Shown here piece after piece: positions 47,572 through 57,561 of a stretch of 64,000 nt of DNA (its first letter is position 1; each line of letters opens with the position of its first letter). A program made the translations under genes and the position numbers. The notes beneath the pieces are model-generated. The model was not told the DNA's origin. It ran no database searches and saw only the letters and a program-made list of their open reading frames with translations. Source of the stretch: Pyrinomonadaceae bacterium (lineage in GTDB: Bacteria; Acidobacteriota; Blastocatellia; Pyrinomonadales; Pyrinomonadaceae); NCBI GenBank assembly GCA_026129865.1, contig JAHCHG010000002.1, forward strand, positions 244,096 through 308,095, in the 5' to 3' direction.

Positions 47572-49935
47572 ATGATTTTAAGTTCCCGATCATTGTTCGC
47601 ATTTTTGATTCCGCTCTTATTCCTTTCGACAAACATATCCGCGGTCGACACGAGTCTTTTTTACCTGGAAAATGAGCCCGTTGTAAGAATCGGTCTTTCA
47701 ACTAATTCACGGTCTGTAACGATCACGACCAGCGATACTTCCCTTGTCGCTTTCAGTCCCGACGAACCGCAGAAACTGCTTGATACGACTAAAGTTGCCG
47801 TTTCCGCGAGATCGTATCGCCCGCCCGAGGTAGAATTTTTTAATTTATCGATTACGAATATCGAAACTTCGGCGGATGCGTCCGAACTTGCGGAAGAAGT
47901 CCGAAAGGCGACCGGCGAAAAAGTAGCATTTGACATCGATACCGCAACAAACACCTGGACGATCAAAATCGGCGAACCGCGCAACAGCCTCGAGGAAGCC
48001 GATGAATTTAAAGCAGCACTCGCGGAAAGAGGATTCGAAAACGCCGAGATCGTAAGCACGAAAGTCACCCAGCCTTCTGACGAAGCGGTAGCGCTGACCC
48101 AACAACTCGCGGGGAATCCTAAATCGAATGTTCGAAGCATTTTGTCCGAACGTGCAAATCCAAACAAGATCTCGCCAACATCCTCGAGCCGTCCGACTAC
48201 AGACTATGTAAATCCAAATCTTAGAGAAGTTATCGTCAACGGCGCCGGCGAAAATGCAAAGTTTTCGTCGCTGAAAGCCGTTTCGTTCGGATCGCTCAAT
48301 GAGCGAACGGTTCCGGTTCGATATAACGGAAAGGAATACCGCGGCAGAATCGAGGTATTCGTCAATTCCGGCGGCAGTTTGACCGTCGTAAATGTTGTGC
48401 CGATGGAACAATATCTGCTCGGCGTTGTTCCGAAAGAACTTAGTCTTCCGCAGATCGAAGCTCAAAAAGCTCAAGCGATCGCGGCTCGAACGTACGCGGT
48501 TGCAAATACGAATGGTTTTGTCTCGCAGGGTTTCGATATGTACCCGACCGTCCGTTCACAGGTTTACGGCGGCGTTTCGGCGGAAAGCCGGATGGGTTCG
48601 CAGGCGGTTCGCGAAACCCGCGGGCTTATCGCGACTTACAAGGGAGAGCCCATAACCGCCTATTACACTTCGACCTGCGGCGGTCGAACCGAAGATTCGG
48701 AAAATATTTTCGACCACGCCGAACCGTATTTGCGGGGTGTCAACTGTTCGCTCGAAGGAAAAGCGCATTTCGCACCGTTCATGGTGCGCAGTTCGCGCGA
48801 GCTTGCTGACGTTCGAAATGAAGCAAATTATGAACTTGCGCGGTTAGCCGCGCAGTATTCTGTCAATAATTTTCTTTTCGTTACGAATAAGTTCACAGAC
48901 GAGTATTTCGAAGAAGCTCCGAGCGAAACCGAACTTCGAAGCTGGCTGAATCAAATTGCGGCAAAAAATTCAAAACCCTTTCCGTTGGCGGTGACAAAAG
49001 ACACTTCAAAACCGCTGGTGCTCGCGAAAATTCTCGCAGATATTCTCTATTCGGATGCAAGCCAATCGGACACGCTTTTGAGCGAAGCCGACATCAATTA
49101 CCAATTGTCGTTTCTTGATGGCGGAGAAGTGCCTCCGTCGATGCGTGCGACGCTTGCCGGCTTGATGCGCGACGGCTATTTTGCGATCTATCCCGATTTG
49201 ACGATAAAGCCGCAAAAGCATTTTTCCCGCGCAAAGGTGCTGCGGCTTATCGAAAATATCTATTCCAAAAAAAATTGGAGCAACAGTTTTGAGTCCGGCG
49301 AGGCAAAGCCTACCGAAGACGGCAAGCTGATCATTCGCGCGGGTCGCGGCGAAAAGGAAATATTCATAAATCCGAATGTATATCTCTTTAGAAAGTTCGG
49401 TGATTCATTTTTTCAGGTCAAAGAAGCCGCGTTGGTCGGCGGCGAACGCGTAACTTACAAAACGAATGCCGCCGGCGAAGCGATTTATCTGGAGATCGAA
49501 CCGACGACGAAAACGACCGTCGCCGAACGCGATTCGAGCTTTACAAACTGGAACAAAAGCTTTTCCGCCGGTACTGTGCGGGCAAACCTCAGCCGTTATG
49601 TCCGCGGACTCGGAACGCTTATCGATCTAAAGATAGCAAAGCAGGGATTTTCAAAGCGTGCAACCGATCTTGAGATAATTACGACGACCGGTACTTTTCA
49701 TTTGAAGGGCGGAAAGATCCGTTCGGCGCTGCGGCTGAACGAACAGCTTTTCGTGATCAATAAAAAATACGATTCCGCCGGTCGCGTCTCGAGCTATACT
49801 TTCACGGGTCGCGGGTGGGGACACGGCGTAGGAATGTGTCAATACGGCGCTTACGGCTTAGCAAAAATGGGTGTCAAAGCCGAAGCGATCATTAAACATT
49901 ATTACACCGGAGTCGATGTAACGAAGGCTTATTGA
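47572..49935 (+). CDS. SpoIID/LytB-domain protein (peptidoglycan lytic enhancer-like), large
   Basis: Signal peptide. EAQKAQAIAARTYA, YYTSTCGGRTE and GRGWGHGVGMCQYGA. Confidence 0.8.
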   Translation: MILSSRSLFAFLIPLLFLSTNISAVDTSLFYLENEPVVRIGLSTNSRSVTITTSDTSLVAFSPDEPQKLLDTTKVAVSARSYRPPEVEFFNLSITNIETSADASELAEEVRKATGEKVAFDIDTATNTWTIKIGEPRNSLEEADEFKAALAERGFENAEIVSTKVTQPSDEAVALTQQLAGNPKSNVRSILSERANPNKISPTSSSRPTTDYVNPNLREVIVNGAGENAKFSSLKAVSFGSLNERTVPVRYNGKEYRGRIEVFVNSGGSLTVVNVVPMEQYLLGVVPKELSLPQIEAQKAQAIAARTYAVANTNGFVSQGFDMYPTVRSQVYGGVSAESRMGSQAVRETRGLIATYKGEPITAYYTSTCGGRTEDSENIFDHAEPYLRGVNCSLEGKAHFAPFMVRSSRELADVRNEANYELARLAAQYSVNNFLFVTNKFTDEYFEEAPSETELRSWLNQIAAKNSKPFPLAVTKDTSKPLVLAKILADILYSDASQSDTLLSEADINYQLSFLDGGEVPPSMRATLAGLMRDGYFAIYPDLTIKPQKHFSRAKVLRLIENIYSKKNWSNSFESGEAKPTEDGKLIIRAGRGEKEIFINPNVYLFRKFGDSFFQVKEAALVGGERVTYKTNAAGEAIYLEIEPTTKTTVAERDSSFTNWNKSFSAGTVRANLSRYVRGLGTLIDLKIAKQGFSKRATDLEIITTTGTFHLKGGKIRSALRLNEQLFVINKKYDSAGRVSSYTFTGRGWGHGVGMCQYGAYGLAKMGVKAEAIIKHYYTGVDVTKAY

Positions 49936-49936
49936 A

Positions 49937-50545
49937 ATGACGACACTTTCCGCCGCACTTCTGCTTTTTCTGGTAATGGATCCGCTGGGGAACATTCCGC
50001 TTTTTATGACGACGCTTAAAAAGGTCGATCCGAAGCGGCAGCGAAAGGTCGTGGTGCGCGAATTGATTATCGCGTTTGTCGTACTTGTCGGATTTTTATT
50101 TCTCGGTCAATATTTGCTGCAGATCCTTCACCTTTCGCAAACCGCATTAACGACAGCCGGCGGCATAATTTTGATGATCATCGCGATCAAGATGATCTTT
50201 CCGTCGCGTCATGCTTCGCTGCAGGAAGATGTTGAAGGCGAACCTTTTATCGTTCCGCTTGCAATTCCGTATGTCGCCGGACCATCGGCGATGGCGACCG
50301 CGCTTTTGATGATGAGCGGCGATCCGACGCGTTGGGCAAACTGGCTTTTAGCGGTTTTCATGGCGTGGCTCGCTTCTGCAATAATCATTTATTTTTCGAG
50401 CTATTTTGCCCGGTTTCTCGGTGAAAAAGGCTTGATCGCGATCGAACGTCTGATGGGAATGCTGCTGATAACTGTCGCGGTGCAGATGCTTTTGACGGGA
50501 ATTGCCGAATTTGTCGGAGAGAGCCTAAATAAAGTTCCCGCATAG
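49937..50545 (+). CDS. MarC/NAAT-family (UPF0056) membrane protein
   Basis: LLFLVMDPLGNIPLF start and about 6 TM helices. Confidence 0.8.
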   Translation: MTTLSAALLLFLVMDPLGNIPLFMTTLKKVDPKRQRKVVVRELIIAFVVLVGFLFLGQYLLQILHLSQTALTTAGGIILMIIAIKMIFPSRHASLQEDVEGEPFIVPLAIPYVAGPSAMATALLMMSGDPTRWANWLLAVFMAWLASAIIIYFSSYFARFLGEKGLIAIERLMGMLLITVAVQMLLTGIAEFVGESLNKVPA

Positions 50546-50614
50546 ATTTTTTTAGATTTACTGCATCTTTTGCCATTTAAACGGCAACTGTACAAACGAT
50601 TGCACAACTAAATT

Positions 50615-51265
50615 ATGAAAGAACTGACCAACGGATTAACGATCGAAGAACTCGCAAATACGCTGACACACGGGCTCGGGCTGGTGTTGAGCGTTGCCGG
50701 ACTGATAATTCTGATGGTTTTGGCAAGCATAAAAGGCGATTCATGGCATTTTTTCAGCGCCGTCGTTTACGGCATTTCGCTCATTTCGCTTTATGCCGCA
50801 TCGACCTTTTATCACGGAGCAAGATCCCCGCGGCTAAAAGAGAAACTTCGGATAGTCGATCATTGCTGCATTTACCTTTTGATCGCCGGAACGTACACGC
50901 CGTTTACCCTGGTCGCGCTGCGCGGTTATATCGGCACGAGTCTTTTCATATTTGTCTGGCTTTTCGCCCTGCTCGGAATTGCGTTTAAGATCTTTTTCCA
51001 TAGGCGTTTCAAGGCGGCGTCGGTTGTTTCTTATCTTGTTTTAGGCTGGGTCGCGATTCTTGTAATTCAGCCGATATTTCTAAAACTCGGTCTTGCGGCA
51101 CTCGTTTTGATCGTTGGCGGCGGGCTTGCTTATTCGATCGGAACCGTATTTTTTAGATGGGAAGGATTGAAACATCATCATGCCGTCTGGCATTTGTTTG
51201 TTTTAACAGGCAGTCTGCTGCATTTTCTTGCAATTTCCATTTACGTAATTCCGCTGGCAATGTAA
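50615..51265 (+). CDS. Hemolysin III / PAQR-family membrane protein
   Basis: ELANTLTHGLG, YAASTFYH, DHCCIYLLIAGTYTPF and HHHAVWHLFV. Confidence 0.85.
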   Translation: MKELTNGLTIEELANTLTHGLGLVLSVAGLIILMVLASIKGDSWHFFSAVVYGISLISLYAASTFYHGARSPRLKEKLRIVDHCCIYLLIAGTYTPFTLVALRGYIGTSLFIFVWLFALLGIAFKIFFHRRFKAASVVSYLVLGWVAILVIQPIFLKLGLAALVLIVGGGLAYSIGTVFFRWEGLKHHHAVWHLFVLTGSLLHFLAISIYVIPLAM

Positions 51266-51271
51266 ATCGCG

Positions 51272-51358
51272 ATGCGCTTTTCCAGAAATCAGATACTCGG
51301 ATCGTTAATTTTGCTCACACTCATTTTGCTCGTCGCGCTGTTTCGGCTTTATTCGTAA
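51272..51358 (+). CDS. Candidate 28-aa single-TM peptide
   Basis: MRFSRNQILGSLILLTLILLVALFRLYS, starting 6 nt after the hemolysin III stop. No other support. Confidence 0.25.
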   Translation: MRFSRNQILGSLILLTLILLVALFRLYS

Positions 51359-51446
51359 AGAACCGGACTTCCCCGGAATCATCCTGATTTTTCAGACGTT
51401 TCGCGTTAGAATTGCGTTAGCAAAGGTTGATCGGCACCGGAACGTT

Positions 51447-52409
51447 TTGAGGACAAATTCAAAAAAACCGATTTATTCGATCGCGGGACCGACGGCTTCG
51501 GGTAAGACCGAACTCGGCGTTGCGCTCGCACTGCATTTGGGAAATGCCGAGATCATTAATTGCGATTCCGTGCAAATTTACAAAGAAATCCAGATCGCAA
51601 CCGCAAAACCGAGCGCCGCAGAAATGAAAGGTGTGCCGCATCATCTGATCGGGTATGTTACGGCTGACGTTAATTATACGGTTGCGGCGTGGGCAAAAGA
51701 TGCGTCTCGTAAGATCAAAGAGATCGAATCGCGCGGAAACACCGCGATACTTGTCGGCGGAACCGGATTTTATCTTCGAACGCTCCGCAATCCGCTTTTC
51801 GACAGCCCGCCGACCGATGAGGCTCTGCGCAAAAAACTTACTCAACTAAAAGAAACAAAAGGTGCCGCGCATATTCATAAAATTTTAAGCCGCGTCGATC
51901 CGGCGGCAGCTGAAAAGCTTTTTCCTCGCGATTACGTTCGAACGATTCGCGCTTTGGAAGTGTTTTTTCAAACGGGTAAACCGTTTTCCGAACTTCAGCC
52001 GAACCGAGCCGAACCGCCGGAATTCGCGCGACGAATTAAGCTTTTTGTGATAAATCCGCCGCGCGACGTTCTTTATCGGATCATTAACGAACGAACCGAG
52101 TGCCATTTTCAGAACGGCTTGGTCGATGAGGTTGCCGAACTTCGAGCTGCCGGAATTCCCGACGACACCAACGCGCTCGGCGCACATGGATACCGGCGCG
52201 TTTGCGAATTCCTGCGCGGCGAACGAGACCTTGAAAGCGCCGTCGAAAAGACGAAACAGGACATAAGAAATTATGCGAAACGTCAGATCACCTGGTTTAA
52301 ACGTGAACCGGACGCGACCTGGCTAAGTGGTTTCGGCAGCGAACCTGAAGTTCAAAAGCAGCTTTTCAGCGCCGTTAAAGACGGTCTCGCAAGATCTGAA
52401 CGGGATTAA
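51447..52409 (+). CDS. miaA: tRNA dimethylallyltransferase
   Basis: GPTASGKT P-loop, DSVQIYKEIQIATAKP, VPHHLI and VGGTGFYLR. Confidence 0.9.
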   Translation: MRTNSKKPIYSIAGPTASGKTELGVALALHLGNAEIINCDSVQIYKEIQIATAKPSAAEMKGVPHHLIGYVTADVNYTVAAWAKDASRKIKEIESRGNTAILVGGTGFYLRTLRNPLFDSPPTDEALRKKLTQLKETKGAAHIHKILSRVDPAAAEKLFPRDYVRTIRALEVFFQTGKPFSELQPNRAEPPEFARRIKLFVINPPRDVLYRIINERTECHFQNGLVDEVAELRAAGIPDDTNALGAHGYRRVCEFLRGERDLESAVEKTKQDIRNYAKRQITWFKREPDATWLSGFGSEPEVQKQLFSAVKDGLARSERD

Positions 52410-52533
52410 CTCGCTCGATTCGAGCAGTTCCGATTCTTGAAGTTTTTTTCCACATTCAATCTTGTAACCATAGCTTTAATTGTTATAAACTTATGGGCAT
52501 TCGTAAGTTAATCTTAATAAACGAGAAAACGTA

Positions 52534-52761
52534 ATGGAAAAGCAAAGTGTCCAAAATATCCAAGATGCGTTTCTTAACACGGCGCGTCGTGAGAAATACG
52601 GCATTGTGGTTCATCTCATGACCGGAGAAAAGCTTTCCGGAAGGATCAAGAGCTTTGATAAGTTTTCCGTATTGATCGACACAGGCGGACATGACAACCT
52701 TATTTTTAAGCATGCGATCTCTACGATTTCACAATCACGTCGCGGGCACGATTCCGATTAA
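52534..52761 (+). CDS. hfq: RNA chaperone Hfq
   Basis: [36 protein letters not shown]...[10 protein letters not shown] (Sm1/Sm2 motifs). Confidence 0.9.
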   Translation: MEKQSVQNIQDAFLNTARREKYGIVVHLMTGEKLSGRIKSFDKFSVLIDTGGHDNLIFKHAISTISQSRRGHDSD

Positions 52762-52767
52762 TACATT

Positions 52768-53412
52768 TTGCAAGGAAAATTCATAACTTTTGAAGGCATC
52801 GACGGCAGCGGCAAAACAACGCAGCTGCGGATGATAGCCAATGACCTGCGCGTAGACGGTTTCGACGTTTTGACAACATGCGAACCCGGCGGAACGCCGC
52901 TCGGACGACGACTGCGCGCGACGCTTCTCGAAACGGAAGAAAATGTTGCGCCGATGGCGGAACTTCTGCTATTTGCCGCCGACCGCGCTCAGCATGTCAA
53001 TTTTCTTGTTAAACCGGCACTTGCCGAAGGAAAGATAGTAATTTCCGATCGCTACGCCGATGCGACCGTCGCGTATCAAGGTGCGGGAAGAGGCTTCAGC
53101 CCGGCGACGATCAAACAGGTTGTAAAGCTTGCAACCGGCGGTCTAAAACCCGATCTGACCTTGTTTTTCGATCTTCCCATCGAAAAATCGCTGATGCGAA
53201 CGAGTTCGCGAAATGATGCGGGTGAGCAAAAGAACCGTATGGATTTTGAGACCGCCGATTTTTACGCCCGCGTTCGCGAATGCTATTTGGAAATTGCTCA
53301 AAAAGATTCGAAGCGTTTTCGAATTATCGACGCAGCCGGTTCGATCGCCGAAGTTCATCAATCGGCACTTGCGGTTTTGCGTGAGTTTATCGGACCGAAA
53401 GTTTCCGCCTAA
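52768..53412 (+). CDS. tmk: Thymidylate kinase
   Basis: FITFEGIDGSGKTTQ, DRY and AYQG. Non-ATG start. Confidence 0.9.
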   Translation: MQGKFITFEGIDGSGKTTQLRMIANDLRVDGFDVLTTCEPGGTPLGRRLRATLLETEENVAPMAELLLFAADRAQHVNFLVKPALAEGKIVISDRYADATVAYQGAGRGFSPATIKQVVKLATGGLKPDLTLFFDLPIEKSLMRTSSRNDAGEQKNRMDFETADFYARVRECYLEIAQKDSKRFRIIDAAGSIAEVHQSALAVLREFIGPKVSA

Positions 53413-53424
53413 ATTTTTGCAGCT

Positions 53425-54459
53425 ATGTTCGATAATTTGATCGGAAACGAAAAGATCTCGGAATTTTTCCGCCGGTCTATCAAATCCGGAAAACTCCCAA
53501 ATTCTTTGTTGTTTTCAGGAGAACGCGGCGTCGGAAAATTTAAATTCGCGGTTGATGCCGCAAAAGCCTATCTTTGTCTGGCTCCGGTCGATTTCCAAGC
53601 CTGCGGAAAATGTTCAAACTGCAATCGCGCATCTGTCTTTAACTATCCAAAGTCCGACAACAAAGATGCGCATAAAGAGGTTGTGTTTAGCAATCATCCC
53701 GATTTGGGAATCCTCATCCCATATAATCGAAACATTTTAGTCGATGCCGTCCGCGATCTCGAAAAACACGCAAACTTTCGCCCGTTTGAAGCAAAAGCAA
53801 GATTTCTGATAATCGACGACGCGGAGAAAATGAACGCCCACGCATCGAACGCGCTGCTTAAAACTCTCGAGGAACCGCCGGAAAACTCGTTTATATTTTT
53901 GATCACTTCGCGAATCGACTCGCTTTTGCAGACGATCCGTTCGCGTTGTCAGATCGTCAGATTTTCGCCGATCGACGAACTTGAGATCGTTAAATTCCTT
54001 GTCGAGCGGCGCGAATTTTCGCAAAAAGACGCGCGCCTTGTCGCAAAACTCGCCAACGGCAGCATCGGTCGCGCGCTGGAAACCGATCTCGCAGCATTTT
54101 TGGAAAACCGCGATCTTATGCTGCGTGCGGTTAGAGCCTTGATCGAATCAAATGACCGCGCCGACCTTCTGCGGCTCGCATCATCGCTCGGCGATCCGAA
54201 ATTCAAGGACGATTTCGAGCCGCGACTGGAAAGCTTCCAGATAATTTTGCGCGATATCTGGTCGCTGAAACACGGCGTGCGGACCGACAAAATAATTAAT
54301 TCCGACATTTCGGATAATTTGTTAAAATTCTCGGAAAAAGCGGAATCAAAAAATCTTGCGGAGTGGATGCTTCAGATCGAAGAACTCCGCGAGCAGCTAA
54401 AGTTCAATTTGAATAAAAAGATCGCGTCGGACGCATTGTTTATGCAGATGGCAGGTTAA
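53425..54459 (+). CDS. holB: DNA polymerase III delta-prime subunit
   Basis: FSGERGVGK, the Zn module CGKCSNC, NALLKTLEEPP and SRCQ. Confidence 0.8.
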   Translation: MFDNLIGNEKISEFFRRSIKSGKLPNSLLFSGERGVGKFKFAVDAAKAYLCLAPVDFQACGKCSNCNRASVFNYPKSDNKDAHKEVVFSNHPDLGILIPYNRNILVDAVRDLEKHANFRPFEAKARFLIIDDAEKMNAHASNALLKTLEEPPENSFIFLITSRIDSLLQTIRSRCQIVRFSPIDELEIVKFLVERREFSQKDARLVAKLANGSIGRALETDLAAFLENRDLMLRAVRALIESNDRADLLRLASSLGDPKFKDDFEPRLESFQIILRDIWSLKHGVRTDKIINSDISDNLLKFSEKAESKNLAEWMLQIEELREQLKFNLNKKIASDALFMQMAG

Positions 54460-54552
54460 TAGATTTTAAGAAATTTACAAAGGGGGCGCGGGCAGCCGGA
54501 ATAGCTGGAATTTGATCGACAAAAATATTCTGCAGCCTGATCGAAAAAAATC

Positions 54553-55875
54553 ATGAAAAACCTAACAATTTTCGCACTTTTAATTCTCGTTTTTGCGTCG
54601 GCGACCATATCGGCACAGACCGATACTCCCAAAACGATTTCCGGCGGAGTGGTCAACGGCAAAGCGGTTTCGTTACCTGTTCCTGAGTATCCCGCCGCGG
54701 CGGCAGCCGTCGGTGCAAGCGGTGCAGTAAGCATTAAAGTTTTGATCGACACAGAAGGAAAAGTCGTCGAAGCTGACGCTATTTCCGGTCATCCGCTGCT
54801 TCGTTCGGCTGCCGAATCTGCAGCACGAAAGGCAAAATTTAACCCGACCGAACTTAGCGGTGTCCCTGTAAAAGTATCGGGGACATTGGTTTACAACTTC
54901 AATTGCCCGTTTGCCGACAAATCAAAATGCACATCGGAAAGTCCGAAAATTGGAGCAATTACCCGAATCGGTACGTCGGACACCCCGTCTTTCCCAACCC
55001 GAACCTTACCTGCTGAAGGCTCGGGCGGCGGAACAATAAACGGGGGCGTCGTTTCGGGCAAAGCTCTCAACCTTCCCGCACCCAAATATCCGGCGGCAGC
55101 CGCGGCGGTCGGTGCCGTCGGATCGGTAAAGGTCCAGGTTTTGATCAATGAAGACGGCAATGTAGTGTCGGCAACAGCGGTTGAAGGTCATCCCTTGCTT
55201 CGTTCATCCGCGGAAAAAGCGGCGATGGCATCCGTTTTCCGCCCGACATTGCTTGAGGGAAGACCGGTAAAGGTTGCGGGAATCATCAACTACGTTTTTG
55301 GTAACGGAAAAAAGGATGCGGATGCGGATGATGCAAAGCCGTTAACGATGATGGGACTCGGCGCGTCGCTCCAGATCTTAAAGTTAAAAGGTCCGGAGCA
55401 ATATTCGAGACAAGATCGCTTTTATCTGAACTCGCTTCCTCTGATGTCCACACTTCCGTCTGCTAAGACTCTGTTCGAACCGCTCAACCAGATCGGCGAA
55501 AAGACGACGAAAGATCAGGCTGATGCGGTCTTTGAATCGGTCTTCGGGAATCTGAATTCCGAGCTCGATGTCAGCGGCGCCTGGCAGTTGGGTTTTGGAC
55601 GAAAGCTTAGCGAAGTTGTTTGGGCATCGCGAAGCGGGGCGTTCGATGTAAACGAAGTAAGGTCGAAACTTCAGGCATTGGAAGTTTCGCTAGCATATGG
55701 CGAAAAAGATCTTCCCGCAAATTTTGTCGCAAAGGCGAAAGAATTAACTTCTTTCGCGCGAAACGACGATCTTTCGGAAGATTCGGTAAAGACCGATTTT
55801 GAAGCGGCGCTTGCCGCGGTTGTATCGATTGCCGCGCGCGCGACGCCAAGCTTAGGGATAACGAAAGTTCCTTAA
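54553..55875 (+). CDS. Secreted protein with two tandem TonB-C-like domains and an unassigned C-terminal half
   Basis: Signal peptide. Two 88-aa repeats (aa 29-116 and 162-249), each with P.YPAAAAAVGA.G.V.V.VLI...G.V..A....GHPLLRS.AE.AA. Confidence 0.65.
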   Translation: MKNLTIFALLILVFASATISAQTDTPKTISGGVVNGKAVSLPVPEYPAAAAAVGASGAVSIKVLIDTEGKVVEADAISGHPLLRSAAESAARKAKFNPTELSGVPVKVSGTLVYNFNCPFADKSKCTSESPKIGAITRIGTSDTPSFPTRTLPAEGSGGGTINGGVVSGKALNLPAPKYPAAAAAVGAVGSVKVQVLINEDGNVVSATAVEGHPLLRSSAEKAAMASVFRPTLLEGRPVKVAGIINYVFGNGKKDADADDAKPLTMMGLGASLQILKLKGPEQYSRQDRFYLNSLPLMSTLPSAKTLFEPLNQIGEKTTKDQADAVFESVFGNLNSELDVSGAWQLGFGRKLSEVVWASRSGAFDVNEVRSKLQALEVSLAYGEKDLPANFVAKAKELTSFARNDDLSEDSVKTDFEAALAAVVSIAARATPSLGITKVP

Positions 55876-55894
55876 CGTATCAGGACTTTAAGAA

Positions 55895-56311
55895 ATGAGC
55901 TCGCAGCATTCAATTTTGGAACGCGCCTTAGCCGGTGCCGGCTTACTTTTCGGTTTAGCCGGCGCCGCGCTTGTGGCGCGTTTCGATCCTTCCGTTTCGA
56001 GATTTTTTCCCGTTTGTCCAATGCATGCTTTGACGGGTATCAGCTGCCCCGGATGCGGTTTGACGCGCGGGTTTCACTCTCTGTTTCACGGCGATATTTG
56101 GATGGCGCTGCAGTTTAATTTAATGCTTCCGGTCTATTTCGTCGCGATGATATTTATCGCGATCTCGCTGACGTCGATCGTAATTCGCGGGCGGAACATA
56201 AAATTTCAGTTGTTTTCATCGCAGAACGCATATTATTTCTTTGTCGCAGCCGGAATTTTTTTCATCCTTCGAAATCTGCCGTTTTATCCATTCAGCCTGT
56301 TTTCGCATTAA
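55895..56311 (+). CDS. DUF2752-domain membrane protein
   Basis: CPMHALTGISCPGCGLTRGFHS followed by TM helices. Confidence 0.7.
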   Translation: MSSQHSILERALAGAGLLFGLAGAALVARFDPSVSRFFPVCPMHALTGISCPGCGLTRGFHSLFHGDIWMALQFNLMLPVYFVAMIFIAISLTSIVIRGRNIKFQLFSSQNAYYFFVAAGIFFILRNLPFYPFSLFSH

Positions 56312-56348
56312 AAAAGCCTGCCCGAACTCAATGCTCAGACAGGCTTTT
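56311..56348. terminator. Bidirectional terminator between convergent genes
   Basis: AAAAAGCCTG, a 19-nt loop, then CAGGCTTTT, with A/T runs on both sides. Confidence 0.55.
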
Positions 56349-56368
56349 AATTACTTAAGCTGTGAAAT

Positions 56369-57481
56369 CTAAGTTATTTGAACGAGCGGCTTTTCGCTGA
56401 CTAGCGGTTTTGCTTCCTTTCCTTCTTTTCGCAAAATTTCAACTTCTTTTACAAACTCTTCTACGATATCGACGCCGTCAACACGTCGCATCGGAACACC
56501 GTCTTTGAATATCATTCCGACATTTCTGCCGAACGTAATGCCGAGCTGCGAATCGTGCGCCTCGCCCGGACCGTTGACCGCGCAGCCCATGATCGAAAGA
56601 TGCAGCGGTTCTTCAACATGTTGAAGCCGCCGTTCGACCTCGGTTACGATCTCGACGAAATTATCGATATCAAGCCGCCCGCAGGTCGGACAGGCAACGA
56701 CGGTAACGCCGCGCTTTCTCAGTTCCAGAGATTTCAAAATTTCCCAACCGACGCGAACTTCTTCGTGCGGTTCGGCGGCTAAAGAAACGCGGATCGTGTC
56801 GCCGATTCCGTCGAAAAGCAAGATCCCGAGTCCCATCGCCGATTTGATCGTACCGCCGAACGGCGTTCCGGCTTCGGTGACGCCGAGATGAAGCGGATAA
56901 TTGACCTTTTCCGCCATCAAACGATACGCCGCTACCGTTCGCTGAACGTCAGATGCCTTCAGCGAAATTATGATGTCCGAAAACCCGAGATCTTCCAAAA
57001 TACGGACATGCCTCATTCCGGATTCGACCATCGCTTCCGGCGTCGCGGTTCCATATTTTTTCAACAGATCTTTTTCAAGCGAACCACCGTTTACTCCGAT
57101 CCGGATCGGAATCTTTCGCGCTTCCGTCGCACGGACAACTTCGCGAACACGGTCTATCGAACCGATATTACCGGGATTGATCCGCAATTTATCGATCCCC
57201 GCGTCGAGCGCCATCAGCGCCAATTTATAATGAAAATGAATGTCGGCGACGATCGGGATCGTAACTTTTTTACGAATTTCTTTCAGCGCGATCGCCGATT
57301 CTTTGTTCGGAACCGCAATGCGGACGATCTCGCAGCCGGCTTCGACCATCTGTTCGATCTGACGAACCGTACCGGCAACGTCTTCCGTATCGGTTTTCGT
57401 CATCGACTGAACGGCAACCGGCGCGCCGCCGCCGATCTGCACGTTTCCGACCATTACCGCTTTTGTTTCTCGTTTCAACAT
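56369..57481 (-). CDS. ispG: 4-hydroxy-3-methylbut-2-en-1-yl diphosphate synthase
   Basis: VQSMTKTDT, RINPGN, VACPTCGR and GCAVNGPGEA. Confidence 0.92.
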   Translation of the reverse strand: MLKRETKAVMVGNVQIGGGAPVAVQSMTKTDTEDVAGTVRQIEQMVEAGCEIVRIAVPNKESAIALKEIRKKVTIPIVADIHFHYKLALMALDAGIDKLRINPGNIGSIDRVREVVRATEARKIPIRIGVNGGSLEKDLLKKYGTATPEAMVESGMRHVRILEDLGFSDIIISLKASDVQRTVAAYRLMAEKVNYPLHLGVTEAGTPFGGTIKSAMGLGILLFDGIGDTIRVSLAAEPHEEVRVGWEILKSLELRKRGVTVVACPTCGRLDIDNFVEIVTEVERRLQHVEEPLHLSIMGCAVNGPGEAHDSQLGITFGRNVGMIFKDGVPMRRVDGVDIVEEFVKEVEILRKEGKEAKPLVSEKPLVQIT

Positions 57482-57561
57482 ATTTGAAATTATAAATTAA
57501 TGGAGTTAACCGAAAGCTCAAATTTCAGCCAACTCCAAAATTTTCTTCAGCTTTCCCGAAC

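Noticed and set aside
56888-57487. 199-aa plus-strand ORF
   Set aside because: It is antisense to ispG, and its Arg/Phe-rich translation has no motif.
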